A DNA stretch of 64,000 nt, from positions 44,327-108,326 of the forward strand of contig CAWDYQ010000003.1 in NCBI GenBank assembly GCA_963806645.1. The letters are read 5' to 3'. Positions 20,626 through 30,034 of the stretch are shown one piece after another (positions within the stretch are counted from its first letter, which is position 1; the number at the start of each line of letters is the position of its first letter). Below the pieces are notes generated by a model. It saw only the letters and a list, made by a program, of their open reading frames with translations. It searched no databases and was not told the DNA's origin. Made by a program: the position numbers and the translations under genes. The stretch is from Candidatus Bathyarchaeota archaeon. Its GTDB lineage: Archaea; Thermoproteota; Bathyarchaeia; Bathyarchaeales; Bathyarchaeaceae.

Positions 20626-22140
20626 CTATTTCTTGTTTTGTCGAATCAGATAAATAGCAACTGCTAGCTCGAGCATTGAGATTATACCCATGATTAAGAC
20701 TGCAAGAACATGACTAAAAGACACCAGATAAGTTATCGAATAGGCAGCTAAGGGTATAAGTAGGGTTGTGATGCCAATAACTAGTTTTTTTAAATCATGA
20801 ATTAAAGCAGATATTTTTCCTTTGGTTACAGTACTTAGAAAGAGCTGTATTTCAAAGACGCTTGCTGAAGCTACTGCCAATAAAATAAAAACAGGGATAA
20901 GTAACGTAAGAGGAGAAGTTAGAGGCTTTAACATTGCCATTACAAATAAAACTATTGGCACTGGAAGATAGGTCAACGTGGATATCAAAGTTTTAGAAAG
21001 TATTATTTGGTTAAGGCCTAAAGGCAAAGTTTTTGTATATTCTAGCCCGGCACCTTCCGAATTCAGCAATGCAAGGGGCATAAGCAAAACAAAGATTCCC
21101 CCCATAAAAGTTGAAACGAGCAAAGTGGAAGCCCGTAGCACCTCAAAGTTCACCAATAGAAAAGACATAATAACAGTTTCTAAAACAGGAAGGGCAAAAA
21201 AGAAGGCTGTTGCAGGATTTCTTGAAGAAATCTTCAAGTCTTTTATGACAAACCCAAACAAAGGTTTGCGTGTTTTGATTGAAAAATCCTTCGCCGTTAC
21301 CCTAGATAATTTTACATTTGTTCCATTCGATATTTGTTTCACTGTTTTTAAAATCCACTTTCCCGCAAATCCAGAAACTCCAACATATGTTATCAAAGAA
21401 ACTGCTGAAAACAATGTTGTAAACCCTGCAGCAATTGGATCACCTATGTTAGCGATAGTTATTCCAGCTGAGAATGGATGAAATAAACATAAGATCAGGG
21501 TAGATAATTGACTGGAATTAAAAAGGATTGACTCAAGAGAGGGCACAATGTAATATGGCAAGCTGATCAAGAGACTTACACCCATTAGTAGTGACCCCCA
21601 CATCAAAATGAAAAGTAAACGCAAAACAGTGTTGCCTCTTGATCTTCCTCCTCGAAACAAGTTTTTCGTAAAGACCCTTGAAAACCAAAGAGCAACAGCA
21701 ACAGCAAGTATTTCATTCATTATAGAAGCAACTAACATTATCAAAACAGCAATTGGAGACCCAGTATAGAAAGCCACCAAAGAAATTTGACTCACTATTG
21801 ACCCTACAACCATGTAATCTACAGACCTAACAAAAGAGAACAGGGTAATCAGGGAAAATTTATCCGGCTTAATTGGCAAAGTGGCCAGGAGAACTGAAGA
21901 TTCAGCGCTAATAAATGATGAAAGTGTCTGAATTGCATACAACGCTGTAAAACCAAATGTTACAGCCAAACTCAAAGAAATTGCGCTTGTTAAACCAATG
22001 ATTGGTGAACCAAAAAACTGTGCTGTGAAAGGAATAACTGCAGCCAATACATTGAATATTGCCACCATAAGTTTGTCCCATTTTGCTATTCTCAAAGCCT
22101 TTTTGGTGAGATCTAAATCGTTTTGTTGATCTGCTACCAT
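20626..22140 (-). CDS. Polytopic membrane protein, putative permease partner of the upstream ABC ATPase
   Basis: 504 aa, at least 12 hydrophobic helices, directly downstream of 22242-23066. Confidence 0.7.
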   Translation of the reverse strand: MVADQQNDLDLTKKALRIAKWDKLMVAIFNVLAAVIPFTAQFFGSPIIGLTSAISLSLAVTFGFTALYAIQTLSSFISAESSVLLATLPIKPDKFSLITLFSFVRSVDYMVVGSIVSQISLVAFYTGSPIAVLIMLVASIMNEILAVAVALWFSRVFTKNLFRGGRSRGNTVLRLLFILMWGSLLMGVSLLISLPYYIVPSLESILFNSSQLSTLILCLFHPFSAGITIANIGDPIAAGFTTLFSAVSLITYVGVSGFAGKWILKTVKQISNGTNVKLSRVTAKDFSIKTRKPLFGFVIKDLKISSRNPATAFFFALPVLETVIMSFLLVNFEVLRASTLLVSTFMGGIFVLLMPLALLNSEGAGLEYTKTLPLGLNQIILSKTLISTLTYLPVPIVLFVMAMLKPLTSPLTLLIPVFILLAVASASVFEIQLFLSTVTKGKISALIHDLKKLVIGITTLLIPLAAYSITYLVSFSHVLAVLIMGIISMLELAVAIYLIRQNKK

Positions 22141-22241
22141 AACGACCTCTACCGAAGCCGCCCCACCACATTCGACCTCTTTCCTCAGCTATTGAACGGT
22201 ACACTACTTCTTTGTACGGTTGTCGACTGAGCCGCCAAGCT

Positions 22242-23066
22242 TCAAGCAGTTTCATTCTTGAAGAATGCCTCCCCCAAGAGTCGAGTCTTGTCGAAAATCT
22301 CAGTTTCTTCGTTTGTTAATTTCAAGAAGACTTCTTCTAGTGTTTGACTTTTGTTTCCAGTTTTAGTTTTTAGTTGGTCAAGGGTTCCTTCAGCAATTAT
22401 TTTTCCTTGATAAATTATTCCGATTCTTGTACAGATGTGTTCAGCAACTTCCATTATGTGAGTAGAGAAAAGAACGGCTCCACCATTTTGTACATGTAAT
22501 AAGAGCAAGTCTTTGATTATGCGACTGGTTTTTGCATCAAGACCACTTAGGGGTTCATCTAAAAGGAGAAGGGGAGGTTGATGAATAAGAGAGGCAATCA
22601 GGGCTACCTTCTGTTTCATTCCTGTTGATAAAGTTGCTATTGGTGCGTCAAAATATTTTGCCATATCAAAGGCGTCACCTAGTTGGGTTATTACGCGGTT
22701 GACTGTTTCTTGGTCAATTTTTCGTATAGATGCTACAAACTCAAGAAAGTCGCGGGAAGAAAGGGAATCGTAGAGAATTGGTTTTTCGGCTACATAACCT
22801 ATTTTCGATTTAACGATTATAGAGTTGATTGTAGGGTCAAAACCTTCAACTTTAACGGTTCCTGAGGTTGGTTCAACCAATCCAATTATAGCCTTGATAG
22901 TTGTGGTTTTGCCTGCGCCATTTGGACCCAATAATCCATAAATTTCTCCAGGTAATACACTGAAGGTGAGTCCTGATAGGGCTTGAACTGAACCGAACTG
23001 CTTAGTAAGCTCACTGACTTCGATTAGAGATGTGGACATTCTAGGAAAAACACCTGTTTTTGGCAC
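22242..23066 (-). CDS. ABC transporter ATP-binding protein
   Basis: Walker A GPNGAGKTT, signature STGMKQK, Walker B LLLDEPLSGLD. Confidence 0.92.
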   Translation of the reverse strand: MPKTGVFPRMSTSLIEVSELTKQFGSVQALSGLTFSVLPGEIYGLLGPNGAGKTTTIKAIIGLVEPTSGTVKVEGFDPTINSIIVKSKIGYVAEKPILYDSLSSRDFLEFVASIRKIDQETVNRVITQLGDAFDMAKYFDAPIATLSTGMKQKVALIASLIHQPPLLLLDEPLSGLDAKTSRIIKDLLLLHVQNGGAVLFSTHIMEVAEHICTRIGIIYQGKIIAEGTLDQLKTKTGNKSQTLEEVFLKLTNEETEIFDKTRLLGEAFFKNETA

Positions 23067-23270
23067 ATAAACTGATTTGAGTGTGTGGTTGCTGAAAGTA
23101 ATGTTTTGTTAATCCAAAATTCAGATTACCAATTGTCAAGTATTAAGTTTGAATGTAAATTTACAGGCAGGAAAGTGTCAAAAGTTTTCACTTTGGTCTA
23201 GTTTGGATCAAATTAATGCTAGAAATAGCATCTCCCAAATAATCCCATTACTCTTCTATTGTAGAAGATC

Positions 23271-23390
23271 TTAGAAGCTGGCTACACCTTTTTTCTCTGA
23301 ATTATCGTACCATTTCCACATTTTTTCAATTGCATCTGTGGAGTATCCTCTTTTTTTAAGCATTTTACTAAAATCTTCTGAGATCTTCAT
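23271..23390 (-). CDS. 39-aa conserved small protein, ...WKWYDNSEKKGVASF family (copy 1)
   Basis: MKISEDFSKMLKKRGYSTDAIEKMWKWYDNSEKKGVASF; paralogue at 38846-38974 with similar DNA and identical C-terminus KKGVASF. Confidence 0.5.
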   Translation of the reverse strand: MKISEDFSKMLKKRGYSTDAIEKMWKWYDNSEKKGVASF

Positions 23391-23542
23391 TAATCTAACG
23401 TACATATATGCGCCTTAAAAATAGTTACTCACATAAAATCTATATTTGTATTCATGTTATACACAAATACACAAACCAAAAAAAGCAGTCAAATAATAAT
23501 ATTTTGTATGGTTGGCACAATTTTTTTATGTAAATCCACTAA

Positions 23543-23971
23543 ATGTATTATGGGGGTACAATTTTGGGCGTTTGTTCAACTTGTGGAAATGAAGAACAGG
23601 CAGCTAATCCAATGTTATGTAAAGTTTGTGGAAAAGAAGGTTGTAAAGACTGTATGACGTACTTGTTTAGTTTTTTCCAATATGGAATTGAACCTCAATT
23701 TCATGAAAAATGGTATTGCCATTCAAATGATTGCTATGAAGATTTTGCTAGAACGATGGAAGACAGTATCACAGTAGACATTTTTAATCAACAAAAATTT
23801 GGGATTGGGTTATTGAAGGGTGTGTTTCATAATGCCATAGAAAATATTGAGAATCAACCGTGGTTAAGAAGGAATGTTTCCAGTTCTTTATCGCTTGATG
23901 ATTTTCTATTTACAAATGGAAACCTAGATCTCGTTTCTAGAGTTGAAAAATGCGGGCGAGCATGTAAATAA
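23543..23971 (+). CDS. Cys-rich protein with N-terminal zinc ribbon
   Basis: CSTCGNEEQAANPMLCKVCGKEGCKDC. Confidence 0.5.
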   Translation: MYYGGTILGVCSTCGNEEQAANPMLCKVCGKEGCKDCMTYLFSFFQYGIEPQFHEKWYCHSNDCYEDFARTMEDSITVDIFNQQKFGIGLLKGVFHNAIENIENQPWLRRNVSSSLSLDDFLFTNGNLDLVSRVEKCGRACK

Positions 23972-24385
23972 AGAGGACTAAACTAGGTTTCACACATACT
24001 CGCTTGAAAGTTCCAGATTTTTAATACTGTTCTTTTAAAAAGATGAATGCTATAGAATAATGGTAAATACATCTTACACTGTTGTATTTATTGTGAGTTG
24101 GAATATTTGTTACAAAAATGTCCTTATTGCGGTGAACTAATTTTCTTCAGGGAAAAAGGTCACGCGAAAGAGGATAAATGTGAACTTAGAAAGAAGCTAC
24201 TATAGAAACGTGTGAATCCTTGAATTGGATTTTTGCGAAAAAAGCAGATGTAATTAATCTTTAGTTAATTTTTTTATGACACTAGCTAAGTCCCTTTCAC
24301 AAGGCTTAATCCAACGTTTCCAGCCAAACAATTTTTAAAAACTATTCTTCCTTTTGAGTCGGCATGATGTTTTTTGGTCAATTGA

Positions 24386-24784
24386 TTACAATAAGTCTAT
24401 AAGGTCCAAAATCGCATTTCGAAGTTTTTCTTGAGAAACAGTCCACTGTTCTAATTCATCCCAACTTTTGTCTGTGGCTCCGGTATAATCTTCTGTGGAA
24501 ATTTTGCTTTTTTCCTTTTGATTGGAATCCCATACTTGCGCACAATTCTTGGTTTGGTAAAATAAGTCAAGAATTCGTTTATTATAGGCTACAATTTCTT
24601 TAATTGTTGAGGGGTTGTCTTTTTTGGAATAATCTGCGATCAATAAAAGGCGTTCAAGATTGATCCAGTAGGTTTCTGCAGTTCCAAACCAATCGTGAAG
24701 GGAAGCAAAACAGTCTTTGTCTCCATAAAGCATCTCAAGTTCTTCGAGAACTTTTTCGTCTATAGCCCGCGTATAACCACCCAT
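24386..24784 (-). CDS. Hypothetical helical protein
   Basis: 132-aa ORF, last gene of a 3-gene same-strand cluster. Confidence 0.5.
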   Translation of the reverse strand: MGGYTRAIDEKVLEELEMLYGDKDCFASLHDWFGTAETYWINLERLLLIADYSKKDNPSTIKEIVAYNKRILDLFYQTKNCAQVWDSNQKEKSKISTEDYTGATDKSWDELEQWTVSQEKLRNAILDLIDLL

Positions 24785-24840
24785 TGTTTAGTTGTTACAG
24801 TGAAAAGGTTTTTTTGAACAGTGAGCAATTTGAAAATATT

Positions 24841-25218
24841 TCACCATTTTCGCTTTGTGTCAATCTTTTTTAAGAGTTTGTCAAGCATTTTGCCTTTTTC
24901 CAATAATTCTTGTTTTAAAATCGATTTTCCAATTGGACATAGTTCATCAACTATCATACCTTCATTTATCAGATATACAACAGGATAGATTTGGCAACCC
25001 TCTGGTCTATCCTCATATATTCGGCATTTCTTATCACTACGGTTGTAGAAAAAACAATACCCGTTAACATTCTTGAGCTGGGTTATATTATCATTCAGAA
25101 CCGTGAACTCTTCCAAGCAAAAGCCCTTCCCTTCTAATCTTTCGACATCATCTATAGAAAGCTCCATCATCGTTTCTTCACAACATAATCCACAATTTGA
25201 GCAACGCAAATTAACCAT
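24841..25218 (-). CDS. YkgJ/UPF0153-type cysteine-cluster protein
   Basis: CSNCGLCC ... GYCFFYNRSDKKCRIYEDRPEGCQIYP. Confidence 0.7.
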   Translation of the reverse strand: MVNLRCSNCGLCCEETMMELSIDDVERLEGKGFCLEEFTVLNDNITQLKNVNGYCFFYNRSDKKCRIYEDRPEGCQIYPVVYLINEGMIVDELCPIGKSILKQELLEKGKMLDKLLKKIDTKRKW

Positions 25219-25253
25219 CTCCTGACCAAAAAAGAATCCTTAGAAACCTGTTT

Positions 25254-25490
25254 TTAGCAACATTTGACGCATATTGCTGTCTGTGTAAGAGCAACTCCGT
25301 CTACGCTATCTATTCCTCTTGCAACCATCTCGCCAACATCATTAATATCTTCCACTTCGTAGGTTACCACAATATCAAAAGTTCCAGTAATAACACAAGC
25401 CGTTTTGACACCCTTTATTTTGCCTACATTTGCAACAACATCCAAAGTTCTGCCCTTCTCAGTGTTTACAAACACATATCCAGTAATCAT
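25254..25490 (-). CDS. Stand-alone Lrp/AsnC-type ligand-binding (RAM) domain protein
   Basis: 78 aa, beta-alpha-beta-beta-alpha-beta pattern YVFVNTEKG...VKTACVITGTFDIVV... Confidence 0.7.
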   Translation of the reverse strand: MITGYVFVNTEKGRTLDVVANVGKIKGVKTACVITGTFDIVVTYEVEDINDVGEMVARGIDSVDGVALTQTAICVKCC

Positions 25491-25715
25491 CTCGTAATCC
25501 CTCCATTCAAGTTCATATTTTTCACTTTACATTCTTTTAGTAGAATGGTCAAAATAAACGGCAAAAAAGAATTGGAAACCTTTTGCCCAACGTCTCTAAG
25601 AGAATCCTACGTAATAGATAGAACGTTGGGTCACTTAATAGTCTATAGGAAGAAAAAAATTGATCCCAAACTTGATACTAAGAAACCAAAATAAACCGCC
25701 AAAAAATGCCTAAAT

Positions 25716-27008
25716 CTACTGTAGGTCGCTAAGCTTTGTTATTGCCAAGGGGACAAGCATTTCTTCCTCATTTAATCCACCATGGTGACCAAGGAGACTA
25801 AGTCGTCTATCTTTAAAATGCTCAAACCAGATTGTTTCGTTTCTATACGGAAGAATCAAACAATTTCCAACCCTATCATAGAACTCAGTACTTACATTAC
25901 CTAGACCAAACAAGCCATTCTTTATTGCCTCTTTAGTTTCAACAATCTTAGCCTTGTTACCAATTTTTTTCTCAAGCAAATCCGTTGTCTCTGTTTGTTT
26001 TTCTTCTTTAACGTGAAGAAAGACGTCTCGTGCACTTCCAGTAGGAAAAATTCTTTTCCCACTCTTGCTTACCTGAAGGTTCTTTACTATCTCAGGAAAT
26101 TCGTTTAAATATGTTGTATTTTGGGGAACTATGTCTAAATTTCCATGATCTGATGTTATCAAAAGTAGCGTTTCTTTTGCTGTTTTATCGTCAATTTTTT
26201 GGACCAACTCTTTGTTCAACAGATGGGAGATAACGGACAACTCAGCGCCATACTCGTAGCTTTTTGGTCCATATTCATGAGATATTGTGTCCAGATTGCT
26301 TAGGTGCACAAAAAAGTATGCGGGACCCTTCTCTTTTTCTAAGGTTTTTCTTAAATTAACAATTAAATCTGATGATTTCAAGTTCGTTACAACTGTACTT
26401 CCGTCAAATAGTAGTGTAGCGTAGTTGCTGTATGCATATCCTGTGTAAATATGTACAAAAGTCTTGACTCCTTCTGTTCTTAATTTTTTCTGGATAGTGT
26501 TTCCATTAAACAAAAGCTTTGGGTCAAAGCCCTTATCTACAAGTTCATTTCGACGTTTAGACCCTAATGGATCAAAACTTAGAGTGCTGACTATTCTATC
26601 AACCTCTTTGAGGTAAAGATAATACTCAAAAAGCCCATGCTCTTGAGGAGTTAATCCAGTGTTTAATGTAGTAAGAGCATTAGTAGTTTGTGAGGGAAAA
26701 ACACTTGTTAATGGAAATATGTTGCCTTTTTCAGCCAAATTAGCTAAAAACTTAGATTCCTTATAGTAACGTAAAAACTGGTTATACCCAAAGCCATCTA
26801 AAACAAAAAGCACAACCTTGTTTACATCACCAGTCTCTGTGCTGACATCTATTGGAAGTTTTCTTTTGGTTTTAACATCAAACAGGTCTAGTACTGTTCC
26901 TGGAATATTTGAAATGCAGTTCTGCTCGTAGAATGGGTAAAGAAAGTCACCTTTGCTGCATTGTTTTCTAATTGAATCGCCATCTTCTTTGAATATCATG
27001 AATGTCAC
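25716..27008 (-). CDS. Alkaline-phosphatase-superfamily phosphodiesterase / nucleotide pyrophosphatase-like enzyme
   Basis: VLDGFGYNQ, SVFPSQTTNALTTLNTGLTPQEHG, SNLDTISHEYGP, TSDHGN, GHHGG metal/nucleophile motifs. Confidence 0.8.
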   Translation of the reverse strand: MTFMIFKEDGDSIRKQCSKGDFLYPFYEQNCISNIPGTVLDLFDVKTKRKLPIDVSTETGDVNKVVLFVLDGFGYNQFLRYYKESKFLANLAEKGNIFPLTSVFPSQTTNALTTLNTGLTPQEHGLFEYYLYLKEVDRIVSTLSFDPLGSKRRNELVDKGFDPKLLFNGNTIQKKLRTEGVKTFVHIYTGYAYSNYATLLFDGSTVVTNLKSSDLIVNLRKTLEKEKGPAYFFVHLSNLDTISHEYGPKSYEYGAELSVISHLLNKELVQKIDDKTAKETLLLITSDHGNLDIVPQNTTYLNEFPEIVKNLQVSKSGKRIFPTGSARDVFLHVKEEKQTETTDLLEKKIGNKAKIVETKEAIKNGLFGLGNVSTEFYDRVGNCLILPYRNETIWFEHFKDRRLSLLGHHGGLNEEEMLVPLAITKLSDLQ

Positions 27009-27167
27009 TTGAGTTGTGTAGAACTAAAATTAGTGATAATTAGACTATAAAAGACGTTTTATGTTTACAAGGTTACGTTACAGGTTCCTAAAAAACAATT
27101 TTAAAATTTTTTCTCAAACATGCATTCGATATCTCTAATGTGCATTTTTTGATATTTCATATAAATT

Positions 27168-27782
27168 TTAATCTTCTCGACCGCTTACTGGTGTAAGCCA
27201 AGCATCAGGACTTTGATACCTAAACACAGGATGATTAACGTCATCCTTTTTGTTATTGTTTTGAGCAATCTTTGATTTTATATCTTCTAAGAGTTCAATG
27301 TGTTCTTCAACTTGCTCAGCAATCTGAGTAATTTGAGTATTAAAGTCTTCTAGATGTATACCATAAATTTGGCTGATTTCTTTTTGCATAAAGAGAAAAG
27401 TCTTGGCTTGATTATACAAATACTGTGTCGAACCACCTTCGAGCTCTAAAGTTAATAAAATCTTAGAAAGTTCTTCTGCAGATATCTTTTTTTTCTTTTT
27501 GACTTGATCAATAAGAGACTCAGTAACTTTACATACTGGCCTTAGTTTCATTTTGCATTGTTCTGACTTTGCCTTTGAGGATCCAATTTGACCACTTAAT
27601 TCAATAAGAGCTTTAGACTGTTTCTCATTACCATATGAAAGTTTCAATAATTGACTCCTAACCTCTGTTAGAACCGTTTTATTTGCCAATTCCTCAAAGA
27701 GTTTGCTATTCTTCTTTTGCAAACTTCCTAAACAATAAAAAAGATTAGTAAAATCTTCAGAATTACCTTTTTCCAAAAGCAC
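27168..27782 (-). CDS. Hypothetical helical/coiled-coil protein
   Basis: 204-aa ORF, no motif recognised. Confidence 0.5.
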   Translation of the reverse strand: MLLEKGNSEDFTNLFYCLGSLQKKNSKLFEELANKTVLTEVRSQLLKLSYGNEKQSKALIELSGQIGSSKAKSEQCKMKLRPVCKVTESLIDQVKKKKKISAEELSKILLTLELEGGSTQYLYNQAKTFLFMQKEISQIYGIHLEDFNTQITQIAEQVEEHIELLEDIKSKIAQNNNKKDDVNHPVFRYQSPDAWLTPVSGRED

Positions 27783-27961
27783 GAAATCGCATCCAACTCT
27801 TATCTCAGAAAAATTTAGATAAATATCTTCTGAATTTCAAAAAAGAATTTCAAAACTAGTAGGTTATAATAACATATTGATTAGGCCTAAAGGGGGATAT
27901 TAAGATTGTAGAAGCAAATGATTGAATATTTTTTTATATTTAATGTGTCTCAGATGTATCT

Positions 27962-28300
27962 ATGAACTTGAAGATAATTTTGGGCGCGATTATAGTTGCT
28001 GTTCTTTTCTTTTTAGGAATTATTTTTGCATTCGCTTCGGTGTATGCGAGTTCAAGATTAATTGTTGCTGGTTTGTTTTTTGTTGTTGGTTTTGGAATCA
28101 TATATTACATTACCAGAAAGCCTAACGTTAGTATTCAAAGATTGGAGTTTTCTGGAAAGATGAAAGCTGTTGCATTGAAATGTCCAAATTGCTCAGCTTC
28201 TATTAATTCAAATATGATTAAGATTGTTTCCGGAGTGCCGTATGCTACTTGTGATTATTGTGGTCATACTTTTGAAGTGGTTGAGGAGCCAAAATGGTGA
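27962..28300 (+). CDS. Two-TM membrane protein with C-terminal C4 zinc ribbon
   Basis: CPNC...CDYC; stop overlaps start of next gene by 7 nt. Confidence 0.7.
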   Translation: MNLKIILGAIIVAVLFFLGIIFAFASVYASSRLIVAGLFFVVGFGIIYYITRKPNVSIQRLEFSGKMKAVALKCPNCSASINSNMIKIVSGVPYATCDYCGHTFEVVEEPKW

Positions 28301-29913
28301 AATTTTCTGCCTTTTTGGTTATAATTATTGTTGGGTTAACATGTATTTCATTTATTCCACAAGTTGATGCCCAAAGACAATATTTTTTTGGTCAGGAATG
28401 GGCGCAAGTTTGGATTAGACCAGATGGTTCTATTGATCTTTTTTACAATGTTAGCTTAACACTCGATTTTGGTCAGGAAATTAATTGGATAAGCATTGGT
28501 CAACCTAAAGGAGATTTCACCATTGGATCTGCTGAAGACCAGTTTGGGAACACATTAGAAACGTCTGATATCAGTTCCGGAAGTGACTACAAGGTTAGGG
28601 TTAACCTTGATTCTCCTTTACAAGCTGGACAAACAATTTGGTTTACTTTGCTTACGAATGTTGCTCACATGATTTACGTGGATGAAACTAATCCAGGAAA
28701 TGATGGAATGCAATTCACTTTGTCATGGTTTTCAGAAGTAGGTATTGAAGATGCACGAGTGCTTATTGTTTTGCCTCCTGGAATTGCTGAAAGTGAAGTT
28801 AAAACAGGTTCACTATTTTGGAATAACATCCAGTATGAGGATGATAGGTTAGCGGTTTATTGGGAAAAGCAAAATCTTTTGCCTGATGAAAGATTTTCAG
28901 TTGGAGTTTCTTATCCAAAACAAGAGGGATGGGCCTCTTTCACTGAGACCTCTGATGGTTTAGGGAGTTTTTGGCCTTTATTGGTGTTTGGAGTCGTTGG
29001 TGTAGTGTTTGTTTATGTATTTTTTATTTTTCGAAAGAAGCCTTACAAAAAACCCACAATGGGTATTGAATGCCTTGGAGTTGTTAGGGGTTTAACTGCT
29101 GTAGAGGCTTCTTATCTTTTGGATTTAAAACCACCACAGATTGTAACTGAGATTTTGTATAGTGTTCTAAAGAAAAGGGCGGTATGGGTTGAAAACACGT
29201 CTCCGTCTCTTAAGTTTAGGATATTAGAACCCTTTCTTAACAAGACGGGAACGACAGATAATCCATTGAGGTATTATGAGATTGATTTTCTTAACGCAAT
29301 TAAAGATGAAGGCTCTCTGGATGAAGAGAAACTTGCTTCAACAATTATGTTTGTTCAATCTACTGTAGAGGAAAAATTGAAAGGATATTGTAGACGGGAC
29401 ACAGTTGACTATTATCGAAAGATTGTGGAGAAAGCGTGGGGTCAGGTTGAAGCAGCTGGAACAGGAGAATTAACTTCCAAAGCTTATGATGAACAGTTAC
29501 TTTGGTTGTTTTTGGATCCAAAAGCTTCAGATCGAACTCAAACCGTTTTTAGCAACAGGGTTTTTGAGCCTGATCCGATTTGGTTTTGGTACTGGTATTC
29601 TTATAGGTATTATTCGCCAAATCCCACTTACAAACCCAATATTGGAATTCCATCTCAAGGGCAAAAGCCGCCTACAATTCCTGGTGCAGATTTTGCTAAT
29701 AATATAGCTACTGCGATAGAAAAGAGTGCTAATAATTTTGTTGTAAATATGGAAAAATTTGCTAATTCCATAGTTCCCATGGGACCAAAACAAAAATCAT
29801 CTAACCAGCCAGTGCAAAAAAAAGCCAAGTGTGTATGTGCATGTGCTACCTGTGCTTGTGCATGTGCTTGTGTTTCATGCGCCTGTGCATGTGCTGGAGG
29901 CGGAGTAGGATAA
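28294..29913 (+). CDS. DUF2207-like single-pass membrane protein with C-terminal (Cys-Ala)n tail
   Basis: Signal peptide, DUF2207-like N-domain (VWIRPDGSIDLFYNVSLTLDFGQEINWISIG...), TM FWPLLVFGVVGVVFVYVFFIF, tail CVCACATCACACACVSCACACAGGGVG. Confidence 0.8.
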   Translation: MVKFSAFLVIIIVGLTCISFIPQVDAQRQYFFGQEWAQVWIRPDGSIDLFYNVSLTLDFGQEINWISIGQPKGDFTIGSAEDQFGNTLETSDISSGSDYKVRVNLDSPLQAGQTIWFTLLTNVAHMIYVDETNPGNDGMQFTLSWFSEVGIEDARVLIVLPPGIAESEVKTGSLFWNNIQYEDDRLAVYWEKQNLLPDERFSVGVSYPKQEGWASFTETSDGLGSFWPLLVFGVVGVVFVYVFFIFRKKPYKKPTMGIECLGVVRGLTAVEASYLLDLKPPQIVTEILYSVLKKRAVWVENTSPSLKFRILEPFLNKTGTTDNPLRYYEIDFLNAIKDEGSLDEEKLASTIMFVQSTVEEKLKGYCRRDTVDYYRKIVEKAWGQVEAAGTGELTSKAYDEQLLWLFLDPKASDRTQTVFSNRVFEPDPIWFWYWYSYRYYSPNPTYKPNIGIPSQGQKPPTIPGADFANNIATAIEKSANNFVVNMEKFANSIVPMGPKQKSSNQPVQKKAKCVCACATCACACACVSCACACAGGGVG

Positions 29914-29926
29914 AGGAGATTTGATT

Positions 29927-30034
29927 ATGGGTTTTGTAAGTAAGATTTTTCGCAGATCAAAAATTCCTCAAGGAAGATTCACATATAGAGGTGAAGGCGA
30001 TTTTGCTAGGTTTAGCTCTTCAGCTTCGGGTTGA
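29927..30034 (+). CDS. 35-codon ORF with strong SD overlapping the rSAM start (separate peptide or frameshifted true N-terminus)
   Basis: GGAG 8 nt upstream of ATG; MGFVSKIFRRSKIPQGRFTYRGEGDFARFSSSASG. Confidence 0.3.
   Translation: MGFVSKIFRRSKIPQGRFTYRGEGDFARFSSSASG

Noticed and set aside
21908-22255. 115-aa ORF overlapping the 5' end of the permease gene.
   Set aside because: Only the first roughly 38 codons lie in the intergenic gap. The rest is out of frame within a well-supported membrane-protein ORF. The short part is kept as a low-interest finding.
24060-24205. Cys-rich open frame ..HCCIYCELEYLLQKCPYCGELIFFREKGHAKEDKCELRKKLL.
   Set aside because: It has zinc-ribbon-like spacing but no in-frame start codon after the preceding stop. 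It may be a relic, but I cannot call a gene.
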